DNA from: Octopus bimaculoides
Lineage: Eukaryota
DNA: 57,728 bases
Direction of reading: 5' to 3'
NCBI RefSeq assembly: GCF_001194135.2
Contig: NC_068983.1
Location: 135,335,853 to 135,393,580, forward strand
This document shows positions 27,188 to 40,479 of the stretch, one piece after another. Numbering within the stretch: position 1 is the stretch's first letter; each line of letters begins with the position of its first letter. The notes under the pieces were generated by a model. That model did not search any database, was not told the origin of the DNA, and was given only the letters and a program-made list of their open reading frames with translations. Made by a program: the position numbers and the translations under genes.

Positions 27188-29132
27188 GTAAGAAATTGAA
27201 ACATACGTAGGCGGTATGAAATTGACTATTAAATAAATAGATTTTTTTGTGTTCAAACTCTCCATTTTCTTTATATGTATATGTATNNNNNNNNNNNNNN
27301 NNNNNNNNNATATATATATATATATATATACACAGTGGGTTTCTTTAAGATTCCATCTACCAAATCCACTTACAAGGCTTTGGTCAGTCCGAGGTTACAG
27401 TAGAAGACACTTGCCTAAGTGGCACTGAACCTGGGACCATGTGGTTATTTCTGCCTTGTTTGAAATTTATTTTATGCTTCTCTGTTGCTCATGAAACCAC
27501 ATTTTTCACACATCAACTTTGATTCCATTCCTTCTTTACACAATCAATCAATCACATTCTCCATCTCCTTAGCAGGTGAGGCACACCTTACTCATTGAAA
27601 ATCTTTCTGCTCAACATGGGATTTTATACACATCATGGACATAGTAAATATGATTTCACTACTTTACTAATGCAGGTACAGTACACACAACACACACTGA
27701 AGTTATATAAGAAATCATGTGTTGCTTTATGATTATTTCTCCAGTCCCTACTGGTCTAACATTTTGAATAAAAAAGTTTCAGAAACTTTGATGATGTCAT
27801 CTGATCATTAAGTATTTCAGTAGTTCAATAATTTTTTCTCTTGGAAAAGACATTTTACCAGAGTTTTCTGATGAGCAATCCAAATATACTCTTCAGTTTT
27901 AGTAAATAAACAACAAAATACAAAAATATTAAAATAATTTATTTTCTGTATGGAGAAACATTAACAAATTAAATTTTAAAAATTATGAATATATATATAT
28001 ATATATATTATAACACACACACACTGTGCATATATATATAAACTGATGTTAAATAAAAGTAAATAAATAGAACAAATATTTAATAAATAAAAATGAATTG
28101 AACATTTCTGTGGAATACAAATTCAGGTAATTTAAAATACTTTGGACTTATATTTAATACCATCCAAATTAACAAAGACATTCCTGATATAAGTTAAACT
28201 AGTTCATGTGTCATAGAACAAAAATATTTCTAGAATATTCATTGTGGTTTAATTGAAAAGTTTTTCTAATCCTTTCTCACATCATTCCAGTTTCCTCCCA
28301 GCTCACATTTTTTGTGTAGACAATCAGGCATCAATCACATTAACCTCACTAGTCTGCAATGGTCATTCATGGGCACAATTCTTCCCCTCCTGATTAACTT
28401 ATAAAATGATATCTAAAGCAGTCAAAACTTCATTTCTACAAATCAACACTAATCATTCCCAACATAACCACTTCCAGCCTATTGGAACTGAGGAGTGTGG
28501 TTTCCAGTAAAAAGAGAAAAAGTGTCATTCTAAAATCATTGGTGAAGCAAGTTCAATAAGGCTAAACAAAAAGATTTAATTAAGATTAAAAAAAGAAAAA
28601 TAGAGAAACTAAATCAGAAATGAATTTAAATTAGTAAACCATTATCCCTAATCAAGTTTTGTGAAGCAGCATCTACTTATTATATTTAATCTTTGAAAAT
28701 GAAAAGATACAGTAGATCAAAATGAATATCCATCAAAAACATGTTTAAATATCCCAAAGACATATAATGGCTACAGAGACTGCCGCTTTTCCAGTTATTT
28801 TTATAAAGGTAAAAGAATCCAATTTGTAAATTTATTGATTTATTTTTCTCTTATTAAGTGACAATCTGAAAAGATGTAATTGATACAGGAATGGATTTTG
28901 ATCTCCATTTTTAAAAATAATGACTGGTGGTGGTTATGTTACATTTCTTGAAACCATTTGCATGTTAGTAATGTTTGATGTTTCATTGCTTTTAGTATAA
29001 CTTTTATCAATGCTTAAACACCTATTTCCATTTTTACCAGAATTAGACTGGTTTATTTGACCATATTTGAGATTGCTAAACCATGAGTTCTAGTGCACCT
29101 GAGCACTATAAACACTATTTTCATCATCATCA

Positions 29133-29175
<43 letters not shown>

Positions 29176-29548
29176 CTTCTCATCAAAAGTATCAGTTTAA
29201 AAATCTGTCTTGCTGTGTTGAGTTTGACATTTCTGTTATCTATTTTTGGTGACAAATTACGTTCCTATATTTGGTATGGATGTTTACAGTAAGGTTTTAT
29301 GGAAGACAGAAGGAAAAGAAGAAATAAACTAATCTTATCATTTGCTTGCAATGATCAAGAATTAGGAAATGCTGTTCAGATACCAACTACTGCAAGATTT
29401 TTTAGCTCTTAAAGTATTCACATTTATGGATACAAACCTATACCCATCACAAAAGCAGGTTTTGAGACATTTCAGTTAAGAATTGTTGAGGAGACATAAA
29501 GAGTAATAATGAAATGAAGCATTGGCTTTGAATATATATATACACACA

Positions 29549-30100
29549 CAGGGTATCCCAAAAGTCACTGATAGGTTTCAATTTTTAATAACTTCCTTAA
29601 CTTTACAAATAAATGTATGAAATTTTGATGCAATATAAAGGATATAATGGAAATTAATATGCACAAGTCAAATTTTGCAACACCACTACATCACATGAAA
29701 AATGACATAGCTTAAATGGCAGCCATTTTCGGTTTTGCATGCCTATGCTCTTAACAAAACTTGTACCATAACACCCTCAAGAGTTTCAGACCCCACTTCT
29801 CTGATTTCTCTATTGATGTTCTCCTTCAGTTGCACCAAGGTCTCCGGTTTGTTGACACAAACCCTCTCTTTCAGGTATCCCCACAAGAAAAAATCCAGGC
29901 TTGTCAAGTCTGGGGAATGATGTGAAAGCCATTCAAACTAGACCTCACACATGGTTCCAGCAAGACGGAGCAACTGTTCATACAGCAAGAGAAACAATGC
30001 AGTTGCTACAGCAGTGCTTTGGAGAGAGAATAATCTCCTGCTATGGCAATGTCAACTGGCCTTGATGTTCCCCAGACTTTACTTGCTCTTAAGTAAGGTA
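29549..30100 (-). mobile_element. mariner-like transposase C-terminal remnant
   Basis: Minus strand reads SPDLTSLDFFLWGYLKERVCVNKPETLVQLKENINREIREV; TIR-like cagggtatcccaaaagtc at 29549. Confidence 0.7.
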
Positions 30101-31384
30101 TTTTATACCACAAGTTGTCACTGAAATGCTGGACATATTTATGCAGGACACAATATCACTACAGCCCAAGAAGTGTCAATGCAAAGACATACAGAGACAA
30201 ACACACACATATTTGCTTGTTTGTTTAAGGTCCCTCTTTCCACACTCACATGAGTTGGACAGTGATTTAAGAAAAGATTTTACAGCCAGATGCTCTTTTT
30301 GTTACCAATTCATACTTGATTTTCAATTAAGGAATCTTTTATTTCACTGGTCTTTGAAACGACATGGTGATCAATTGTATACTCAACAAGGAATGTAAAC
30401 ATCATATCATCATTTCACTCAGATGGCAATAGGTTAAGCCATAAAATGTCAACATTTACACACACACACACGCACACACACAACCTCACACATACACACA
30501 TCAAACTTTCGAACAATTTCCATCAACCAAATTTAACTCACAGTTCATAGAAAGAACATCTGCAGCTAATACTTAATTTCTGACCCAAAAGAACACAAAG
30601 TATGTTTCAGAAAGAGAACAAGTATGTTTTTTTTTTATAATTCTAATTCAATAAATGATGCAGTCATTAAATAGAGATGGTTTTAAAACTATTAGCTATC
30701 ATAAAAAGAGCTTATTGCGGTATGTTTTAGAAGAGTCATCTCTTTTAAATATATCCTGAGAATTACAGTAGAAGCATTCTTGTCACAATTTTGGTCAGAA
30801 ATTTTCTGTGAGTTGTGCTAACACTATTTTCAATCTTTAAAATTGTTCTCTAGCCTTTCAAACAATAATTCAAGATTCAAAGAAAATTTTTGTTTGGGCA
30901 ATTTAAGAAATAATTTGAATATTTGATACAGACACTAAATAACAACAACAATAATAATAATAATAATAATATAACTGCAAGTCTACAATCAGTAGTTGTT
31001 TCTAAAAATTCATTTAATTTTATTTGAACTCAAGAAACTGTTTTGCTATTATATCATTTGTTGCTATGTAAATTAAGAAAGATGGTTTGGTACTTGATAT
31101 ACAGTTAAACATATGAGAAACAAGGTAAGCTTCAGATGACAGGAAGGTGAATAGGAGAAGTGGTACAAAGGATTGAAGAGAGTGAGTAGTAGGTAGACAA
31201 GTAAATTCACATGAGTGCAAAAGGAGAGTGACAAATGGATAAAGATAGTGATAGAGGTGAATGCAGTGAATGGTGAACACATGTGGAAGTATGGTGGAAT
31301 GTGACCATCAGTTGGTGGGAGAAAGAAATAGGAATGGGTCAGGGAGCTAAAGACAACACACACACACATATACATACATACATA

Positions 31385-31708
31385 TATCATCATCATCATC
31401 ATCATCGTTTAACGTCCGCTTTCCATGCTAGCATGGGTTGGACGATTTGACTGAGGACTGGTGAAACCGGATGGCAACACCAGGCTCCAGTCTGATTTGG
31501 CAGAGTTTCTACAGCTGGATGCCCTTCCTAACGCCAACCACTCAGAGAGTGTAGTGGGTGCTTTTACGTGTCACCCGCACGAAAACGGCCACGCTCGAAA
31601 TGGTGTCTTTTATGTGCCACCCGCACAAGCCAGTCCAGGGGCACTGGCAACGATCTCGCTCGAAAATCCTACAGGAGCCAGTCAGGCGGTACTGGCAACG
31701 GCCACGCT

Positions 31709-31710
<2 letters not shown>
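31385..31710 (-). mobile_element. SINE/short LINE remnant with RTE-type 3' tail and (CAT)n
   Basis: catcatcgtttaacgtccgctttccatgctagcatgggttgg...ggatgcccttcctaacgccaacc; related copies near 11480, 22850, 37560, 46570 and 47730. Confidence 0.7.
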
Positions 31711-31785
<75 letters not shown>

Positions 31786-32387
31786 TACACTCATGTGTCT
31801 GTCTGTGAATACTGGTGTAAAACACTGCATCAAGTTGCATCCTTTTACATCAAAAGCTAACTTAGCTGATCAATAAAATAATTATCAGACTGAAGTACTT
31901 GATTGAATATAGATTATTATAAACCTTGAAAGATACGCTCAGCATGAACCACCAGAGTCCAGTGACTTAAATAGCCAAAGAAAATTTATTTCGAATAATG
32001 GGAAATTTGGCTGGCATTATACATTATATTTCATCTGAAGCATCCTTTAAAATTTTATTACTTGAATGTCTCCATTTTACGGTTGAATGATGAATGGTAG
32101 GAAAATCTGACCTTCAAATGTAAAAGCTTTAATATCAACCACACAGAGATGACAAAATTATTTAAAATCTACTCAAATCATGCTATTATTGAGAAATAGA
32201 TGTAACAGTGCATAAAGTGTAATTTCAAAAATAACATTACACAACATATAAAATAAATATGTCAACAATAAATCCATTTTTAATAAATTTGATTTGAATA
32301 ACAAACGGAAATTTGTAATTTGCAGTTAAAAATACTTATAAGTCCTTTATACAAACCTAATATTAGGAAAAGGTAAATAAATATTTT

Positions 32388-33413
32388 TCATACTTTTTGA
32401 AGATTTGTATTTTTACTGTCATGTGCAGAAATAAAACTAATGGGATATGGTCCTGAATTTGATGGCTGAGGTAATTCTGTATTTGAAGATATCAAACTGG
32501 AGATCTTTATCACATCAGAATTATCACTGAGACTGTCTTCATTTATATTTCCCGTAGCAGATGTAACTGAAATTAATTGCAGTTCTTTTTGATTATCAGA
32601 ATCTTTATCACAATCTTCTGAATGCTGTGAACAAGTCTCTTCAGATCTACAGGTATCAGATATATTGATGCTATCACTGGAATCAATATTAACAACATTG
32701 TCTTTATTGATATTTCCATGAGTGGTACTGGCAGCAGGTTTTAACCGAACATTATTTTTATAACTGGAAGTATGAATATCCACAGAAAATTCTTCAATAC
32801 TGCTTTGATTGTCTTCATGACTGCAGGGTTCCATTTTTAACTGTAGGGTCTTTGGGTTGATGGCAGGCTCTGTCTCTGGTTCCACTTCAGTCTTGATATC
32901 GACAATCTGGTCTGTAACCATATTTTCTGCAGATCTTACATCAGAACCAGAAGTTGTATTGGATGTAGATGTTGATGCAATGGTAACAGCAGCATCAGCT
33001 TGCATGTTAATATTGTTGTAATTATTTCTAAATAACTTCATTAGCATAGAATTTTGTACCTCGTTAGTGTCTCCTTGTGTTTTAGAAGGAAATAGTCCTG
33101 ACAAAGAACAAGGTTCTGCCAATAAAGGTTCCACCACATCAGATAAAATATCTTTTGTCTTAGCTTTGTTCAATTCCTTACAACAAAGATCTTCAAAATC
33201 TTTCATTTCTAATTTTTCAGCAATAATCTTCAGTTGGATTAGAATTTCTTCATTCAGATCTAAAATACCACTGTACATGTATTCTGCAAATGCTAAAAGT
33301 CCTTCTTTACTGACTGAACTTGGAAAGACCACTTTGGGAAATGAACCTCTTAACGAATGATGGAGAGCTGGCAGCAGTTTTGGACACACAGCTCCTAAAA
33401 CCATTTTATGGAC
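32388..33413 (-). CDS. STPR-BTB copy A exon 4 (BTB core VHKMVLGAVCP...FAEYMYSG...LKIIAEKLEMKDFEDLC plus low-complexity tail)
   Basis: ttttcag|GTC acceptor, phase 0; BTB/POZ consensus (HK.VL.A.S/C, F..YMY.G, A..L.M..L...C); open to TGA at 32388-32390. Confidence 0.88.
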   Translation of the reverse strand, partial: VHKMVLGAVCPKLLPALHHSLRGSFPKVVFPSSVSKEGLLAFAEYMYSGILDLNEEILIQLKIIAEKLEMKDFEDLCCKELNKAKTKDILSDVVEPLLAEPCSLSGLFPSKTQGDTNEVQNSMLMKLFRNNYNNINMQADAAVTIASTSTSNTTSGSDVRSAENMVTDQIVDIKTEVEPETEPAINPKTLQLKMEPCSHEDNQSSIEEFSVDIHTSSYKNNVRLKPAASTTHGNINKDNVVNIDSSDSINISDTCRSEETCSQHSEDCDKDSDNQKELQLISVTSATGNINEDSLSDNSDVIKISSLISSNTELPQPSNSGPYPISFISAHDSKNTNLQKV

Positions 33414-34431
33414 CTGAAAACATATAAAATACATCTGGAATAAATCTAACAAAAATTACAATGATCCTATTTCACCTCACAGTAAAATAAATTTGTAATT
33501 TATACACATTAAATATCCTTTCACCCATTTAATATTTGCAAAGATCATTCAACTGGAGCCTGTTATTGAATTTAGGATAATCACAAAGTTTTACTGACAA
33601 AGTTATCCTAATACATTTCATTGTAGCAATATTGACTAAATTCTGACTGAAAAAAATTTCAGAGTAGCACTGAAGTAGGGTATTGATAGCATTGAAACTG
33701 AAATTAAAAAGACATGACATTTGGAGAAGTATCAGAACGAATTTCTGTCCCTGTGTAAAGATCAATTCAAATAGAGCATGTGTAAAAGTTATGCTGTAAG
33801 GCAGTAAGATACTGACAATGAATGTAGAAGACCCATTGTAGCTGACAAGTAACAAGCTGATTGATATATATTGCTAATTTGTAAAAAATGCTAAATACAT
33901 GAGTTGAGACAGTTACATAGCATCTTAGTTATCGATTGATATATGACAGGAAAGACAACTATACAGGTTTACATATATAATGGCAATAACTGTTGCTTAG
34001 TGAGTAAAAATGTGTAGTAAGTTACTGGTGGAAGGTACATACGAGATAATATTAGGTAGAAGAAATTAGGATGTCGTTGGAAGAAATTACACAGATTCAA
34101 GACAAAAGGAAAAGGCTGTATGAATGAAATCATAGGGGTGAATTATGAACTACATTAAATATTTTAAAGATTGGTAGAATCATTAGTGTCAGATAAAGTT
34201 TTTTGCAGCTTTTAGTTGTAATATTTTATGTTCTGAGTTTAAATCCTGCTAAAGTCATCTTTGCATTTCATCTTCCCAAAATTGATAAAATGAAGTTGCT
34301 GTGCAGAACTGAAGCTGATTTAATTATATCCATTCCACAAAATTTTAGCCTTGTGCATATGTTTGAAATTATTATAATTACTATATTACAACTATAATTA
34401 TAGTTGCATTAAAATTAAATTTATGACATAC

Positions 34432-34609
34432 CAATATATTTGTAGTACCATTACTGATGTATGAGTCACACAAACGTCCTGCTTCCCACATGGAAAATAG
34501 ATTGGACATCACTGCTGTTTGATGATTTGGAACCACTAAAATGCGTTTCTCCTGAACAGGAGGTATAGCTGATTGTGGATGAAGTAAGATTTCACTGGAG
34601 ACAGAATGG
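34432..34609 (-). CDS. STPR-BTB copy A exon 3 (BTB N-terminal part, HQTAVMSNLFSMWEAGRLCDSYI)
   Basis: tttaaag| acceptor (alternative ctccag| at 34594) and TTG|gtatgt donor; 178 nt, phase 2 to 0; the H...L..M....LCD motif is the typical start of a BTB domain; near-identical block at 47484-47646. Not in the ORF track. Confidence 0.85.
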
Positions 34610-35754
34610 CTTTAAATACAAAAACATAAAACACATAACTAGTTAGATAACAGTCAACAGTAACATCAAGTATACCCATTAATAAATTCAAACAATACAA
34701 AGTGTTTGTTAAAGATCTCTGGACATTGCACACAACACCATTTGCTTCTGTTTGCTTGACTGACAAAAAGGTTTCATTCTTACTTCTTGTATGGGTGTTC
34801 AACTATAAGGGCATTCAACTCTAAGAACATTTGTTCCAACCAAATAGTGGGTTGAGGAATAAATTCATGAGCATTTTTCTCAAATTTAAAAATGCACACA
34901 GAAATAAAATTCAATGGCAAAATGTCTTATTTATTTAAAAGAGAATTTTTTGCTCTACAAGATAGTGTACAGTGTACCCCCACTAATTCACGGTTCAGCA
35001 TTTGCAGACCCGGTTATTTGTGGAATCATAAATATCATCTGTGATTTTTTATGGCATTTTTACGTGGCAATATATACTTTTCCACACTTTTTAAGGCTAA
35101 ACTATTAATAATAATATACCGTATTTGTCAGTTTACTGGACGCCCCTTCACAGCAGAAGATCCCTTTGATTTGAATAGCCATGCATCATGTTGCTTGATT
35201 TTTTTTAGATACGAGTACACTGTATCTTGTATCTCTTATTTCTGCTTTCAATCAAAGCTTGCTAATTAGTATAGCAACTATCAGCGCATTTTTTAAAATC
35301 ATCATTACATTTGATCATACACAATATTTATTTCAACAGGATAATTTTTAAGGTCACGAGCTAATATAGCACCATTGAAATTAGGTCACTTACTGGTCCC
35401 TCCCTCCCCTTCTCTCTCACTCACTCACTCTCTCTTATTATTATAGTATAGGTAATACAAACTAAATTTTTCAAAACCATGATTATTTTTAATCTCGACA
35501 TCGCTCAATACATGGTCACAAACAGCGTTTTCTTTACCATATTGTCAGTGGCGATAGAAAATGGTGCCTTTACATCAATATGGAGCAGCAAAACAAATGG
35601 TTCAGCTCTGACAAACAAGTGACTCTACAAGCAAAACAAGACCTTCATCCTTGAAAGACCATGTGGTGTGTATGGTGGGACTGGGAAGGCATAATTCATT
35701 ATGAACTGGTTGAGTGCAATCAAACTTTTAAAGAAGATGATCTAAGATACTCAC

Positions 35755-35980
35755 AACACTGCATTAGTTCTGGTTTTGCATAATTTGGAGTTTGCTTTAT
35801 TAGAAGTGTAGACTGAGATCAATTGGTTCCTCTGTGCTCTGGTTGTTGTTTTGGTTTTCTTTTTCCAATTTGCACCATTTCCAACAGAGACTTTTTGCAA
35901 TTTTCTTGTTTCAACACAACGAAGTTGAGAAGTGGGAATGGAATTAAGTCCTGATTTTTCAACAAGAGCTTGAAACTTTT
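35755..35980 (-). CDS. STPR-BTB copy A exon 2 (linker)
   Basis: ttatttttacag| acceptor and TT|gtgagt donor; 226 nt, phase 1 to 2, matching both neighbours; KFQALVEK...CKTRTNAV; paralogue at 50636-50846. Confidence 0.8.
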
Positions 35981-36879
35981 CTGTAAAAATAAGAATTACT
36001 TTCAAGTAAATTTTTTTCTGGATGGAAACAATTAAAGTGTAATAATTGGAAATATTAAGTCCTATTTTTACAGAATTCATATTTCTTGTTTCAGTGTTAA
36101 TTTTGATTTTAAAACTTCAAAGATATCTAGTTTTTTTTTTAAGTCATCATATCCCTTGTCAAAACGCTATACTATGTTCTCCTTTCCTCTCTTTAAATTC
36201 AATAAATATCAATATTTCAAACTTTGGTTTAATCTTTCAATAATATATCTAAGACATTTTCAAAAGAACAGGCATTAATATTTTGGAAATAGTAGTTATG
36301 AATGTTGCAGAAGAAGAGGTAAGCTCTCGGAGAGCTGGATCCACGAGCTGATATCCTTTATTTACATTAATCTCATTCAGAAAAACATGAGATAACTTCC
36401 ATTTACTCTCTCTTTAAAAAAATCCAATCCCCATGACTGTGAAAATCAATAATTTAGAAATAATGTTTGTAGGTTCTTCATAATTACTTACTGTTTAGGG
36501 ATCAACAACTTTAAAACTCAGAATGCCTTTGCTGTTCAATCACAATCTAATATGCCACTTCCTAATTTCTTGATAAGAAAACCATTAAAATTCCTATTGT
36601 TTAACATTATCACTTCCCCTCTACCACCTTTATTCATCACTCACAATATCCACTCCTACATACCTCTGCTCTCCATCTCTGTGCATCCCTTTCTCATACC
36701 CATTCCACACACTGAACATCATCTCACTATCTCTCATCTGTCTACAGTTTTATTATACTGTTTCTCTTCATCAACCTCTTTTCGTACTGCCATTTATCAC
36801 CTCCTGCTCCCTGACCCACTCCTATTTTCTTCCCCTTCCCCTCCAAACTGATAGTCACCATTGACTACATGTCTACCTA

Positions 36880-37096
36880 TACTCTTTTACTCTTCTACTT
36901 GTTTCAGTCATTTTACTGTGGCCATGCTGGAGCACCACTTTTAGTCAAGCAAATCGACCCCAGGACTTATTCTTTGTAAGCCTAGTACTTATTCTATTGG
37001 TCTCTTTTGCCAAACCGCTAAGTTACAGGGACGTAAACACACCAGCATGAGTTGTCAAGCGATGTTGGGGGGACAAACACAGACACACAAACATAT

Positions 37097-37153
<57 letters not shown>

Positions 37154-37292
37154 TACGACGGGCTTCTTTCAGTTTCCGTCTACCAAATCCACTCACAAGG
37201 CTTTTGGCGGCCCCAGGCTATAGTAGAAGACACTTGCCCAAGGTGCCACGCAGTGGGACTGAACCTGGAACCATGTGATTGGTAAGCAAGCT
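36880..37292 (-). mobile_element. tRNA-derived SINE with internal (CA)/(TA) tract, CORE-like segment
   Basis: gaagacacttgcccaaggtgccacgcagtgggactgaacc; related copies at 12255-12545 (+) and 27310-27450 (-). Confidence 0.7.
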
Positions 37293-39037
37293 GCATTCAA
37301 CTCTGCCCTCATCACTAAACATCTTTCACTCTCCTTTCATACTTTCATGAACTTGACCATCCACCTTTCCTGATCTTCTATCTCTGTTCTCTTTCATTTC
37401 CTCCTTTTATCTTGAGGATATGCCCTGACACAAAATAACCACCATCTTTTCCTCTTTTTCTTGCTGAAGTTGCCATGTATCTCTTCTATAATTTATTAAG
37501 ACACCTGTTCTTGTCTTTCTATCACATTTTAACCTCTCAACACCTTACACCCCCAACTCAGTCAAGAGGATTTGTCTTCCAAGTCATTTAGTGACCTCAC
37601 TAGTGTTGGTACCATGAAAAGCACACTGTACACTTTATAAAGCGGTTGGCATTGAGAAGGGCATCCAGACATAGAAACCATGCCAAAGCAGACATTGGTA
37701 CTCAATAGTCCTCCAACTAGTGAGATTCTGTTAAACCATCCAACCCATGCCAGCACAGAAGACAGACGTTAAATAATGATGCGATGATGCTGATGGAGTT
37801 ATCTCCTGAAACAGTCACGTAATCTGCTTCATTAAAACGTTTTAAAACAGTGATTAATAGGTGTTAAAGTATATATTATTTCTATTTGGAATATATAATT
37901 TCTAGCTATATATTTAATGTCCATAAATAAATCTATAGCTCCTCATACACATAACATCATTTGGCTTAATTTCAATTTAAAGCTAAAATTAGTTTACATT
38001 TTTGTATGTTCTAGAGTTTCATTCTTCGTCTTTGCACACCTTCACACACGTCTTACATATAAATGCATTAAATGATTACAACACTAATGTAATTTTTAAT
38101 TTCTTGTGTTTCGAATAAAACTAATAATAATAAAAACTTAAAAAATAGAGGGTGCGAAAATGACTGATTTCATTCATACACTTTTGATGGAACGTAAGGT
38201 AGTATCAACAAAATTTATGATAACCATATATANNNNNNNNNNNNNNNNNNNNNNNNNNNNNNNNNNNNNNNNNNNNNNNNNNNNNNNNNNNNNNNNNNNN
38301 NNNNNNNNNNNNNNNNNNNNNNNNNNNNATTTCTGGTGTGACAAAAAAATGTTTAACCTACATAAAAAACTCAACATAAATAATCAATGTATGTTGTTAT
38401 TTAGATTTGCATAGTCGCGTCACGGAGCAATACTGAAACTGAAAGTGACTTCATAACTGTTTGACGTGGAAATCAGTAATAAACTCGAAAAGTGCATCGC
38501 TATTCCAAATGTTTACTTTAACATAACAACTTCGAGAATATATTAGAATGCAGTATAAAATTACATGAATTGATTATGAGCCCTTGCTACTTTTACGCGA
38601 CTCCTGCGGAATTTTTAAAACTTTTGCCATGAGGAGTTGATGTTGAGGAAGAAAAAGAAAGGACATCAATACGATTATCCTCTCACACACATCGTGAGAT
38701 GAAACAGAAAATTAAAGAAGTACTCTTCAAAATATCATAGGATATATATATGTGTCCAGCTTATCTAAACCCAAATGTCAAAAATTAATCCTCATTAGAA
38801 CATCAATACTGAGATCTTATAATGATATAAAATCTGTTTTCGTAAAAACAGTAAATGAGATTATGTGACATTGACGCCGTTATCTTGGACGCTAGCCAAA
38901 TGGTTTACAACTTGGACAAGAAGCTGTCACGGAATTGCCGGCATGGTTTGTTTACATTAATAGTGTTAGAATAAAGAAAATTAGATATGCTAGTTATTAT
39001 CACCCTCAAATGAATCAAAAGTTCATAGGACAGATAC

Positions 39038-39533
39038 CAGGATCGTGATGCATCTGCTCCAGGTAATGGCTTTCTTGGTCATCGTAACAGTTGGTCAGGG
39101 CGATCTTAATGCCATTAGCAGTCTGCTTTCGGCCTCGCGCCATTTTAGCCACTTGTGTATTATGACAATTTGGCTCCGAAGTACGCTTGTTCTTTGCATA
39201 TTCGGCGAGTTTCTTAAGTCTTTTCTTTCTTTCCTCAGACGTTTCTCTGGCACGCCTCCTCATTTCGCTCTCAGACAGTTTGCGAAGCCGATTTGCTCTC
39301 TCTTCTGCCGTTTCCTTAGCCCGTCTCTTCCGTGCATTTACGGACAGCCTTTTAAGTCTCTCATTTCTCTGTTCAACTGTTTCACTTCGTCGCCGTTTCC
39401 ATTCATTCAAAGATAATTTCATCAGTCTTTGATCTCTCTCTAAAGGTGTTTCATTAGCTCTTTTGACTCGTTCACGCTGTCGCCTGGCATCTCGTTTTTC
39501 TGCTTCAGTCTTGTATTTTCTCGGCCTTGCCAT
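39038..39533 (-). CDS. STPR-BTB gene copy A, coding exon 1: four 23-aa STPR-type repeats (ETxxxRxxRLxxLSxxxxxRRxx)
   Basis: ATG at 39533; 165 codons +1 nt, then donor G|gtatct. Repeats ETPLERDQRLMKLSLNEWKRRRS / ETVEQRNERLKRLSVNARKRRAK / ETAEERANRLRKLSESEMRRRAR / ETSEERKKRLKKLAEYAKNKRTS are each exactly 23 aa (nt 39177-39452). Paralogous exon at 53191-53659. Confidence 0.85.
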
Positions 39534-40479
39534 TATCTGTAACTTTAATCGGATTTCCTAAGAAACGAAGTGATGCGACTTAGAAGATAATTGATGTAGC
39601 GATATCCGAGGTTAGACAGGTAGTGTATTCTTCGTTAAGCTAAACTAATGCATAATAAATTAACTAAATTATAGCATAAATATATTGATAGTAAAGATGA
39701 AGGGACATCAAAGATAATTAAATAGCACTTTTCTTTTACCCTTTTAAAGGGATTTGTTTTCGGTAGGTTCCGTCAGTTTCCGAGATCCGTGGTTTATGAC
39801 ACGAGGGTAAATATGACACTTAAAGCCATATTCCAAAAGAAGTGAAGTAGAGGGAGGTAATTATCCATTTCTGTTTTAATTTGTGTTACTGATGCGGCGG
39901 ATAATTTTCCCGTAGATAAATAATAATGATAATAAATATACAAGCTGAAGGTTAGTATTCATTTGTTGTTCCGTTCAACCAATTGAAGCACTTGGTTCAT
40001 ACATTGATATCTTTTTCTTTCTCCTTCTATTTTTCTTTGTCTTTCTTTTGTAAAATATATTCCTGTTCATATTTTGAATTTTATGTATGACACCAGTGCA
40101 ATACCAGTAACAATGAATTTGGTAAATTGTTAACATACAATTATAAGGGTTGTCAACTAACTTGAATGAACATGCTGGAAAAAGAAATTGCTGAAACACG
40201 GGAAAATAGTCGTAAATGCTACAAAATTTAGCATAGAATTTAGTCTCAGTTAGGATAGGTGTTGTTTTGCTTTCAGCTGAGTAGGTTTGTATATACCGAA
40301 TTATTGCCAGATTTTTAAACTTTAAAAATAGGTGTTCCATGACGCAAAAACTAATTTGGTACTTGAGTGTTTACAGGTTTTGGTTTGTAAATATAGCGAA
40401 GGCTGTATTTATTTTAGCACATCCCTATAGTGTATTTTATTTACGAGAGATATTTTCCCATCATTTACAAAACTTGGAA

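Noticed and set aside
33067-33360. Plus-strand ORFs opposite real exons (also 45386-45685, 39045-39432, 52344-52694, 57065-57599)
   Set aside because: Antisense shadows of coding sequence.
33414-33452. N-terminal MLDLFQMYFICFQ of the 354-aa ORF (and 45739-45777 of the 360-aa ORF)
   Set aside because: This is intronic polypyrimidine tract and acceptor; the BTB domain continues in the upstream exon.
33600-33700. Block conserved between paralogue introns 3 (partner about 45860-45945), reading LQCYSEIFFSQNLVNI
   Set aside because: A 16-nt indel and a stop in copy B and no shared donor; treated as residual intron homology.
39975-40340. 121-aa ORF upstream of copy A
   Set aside because: No recognisable motif, no counterpart upstream of copy B, and an AT-rich low-complexity end.
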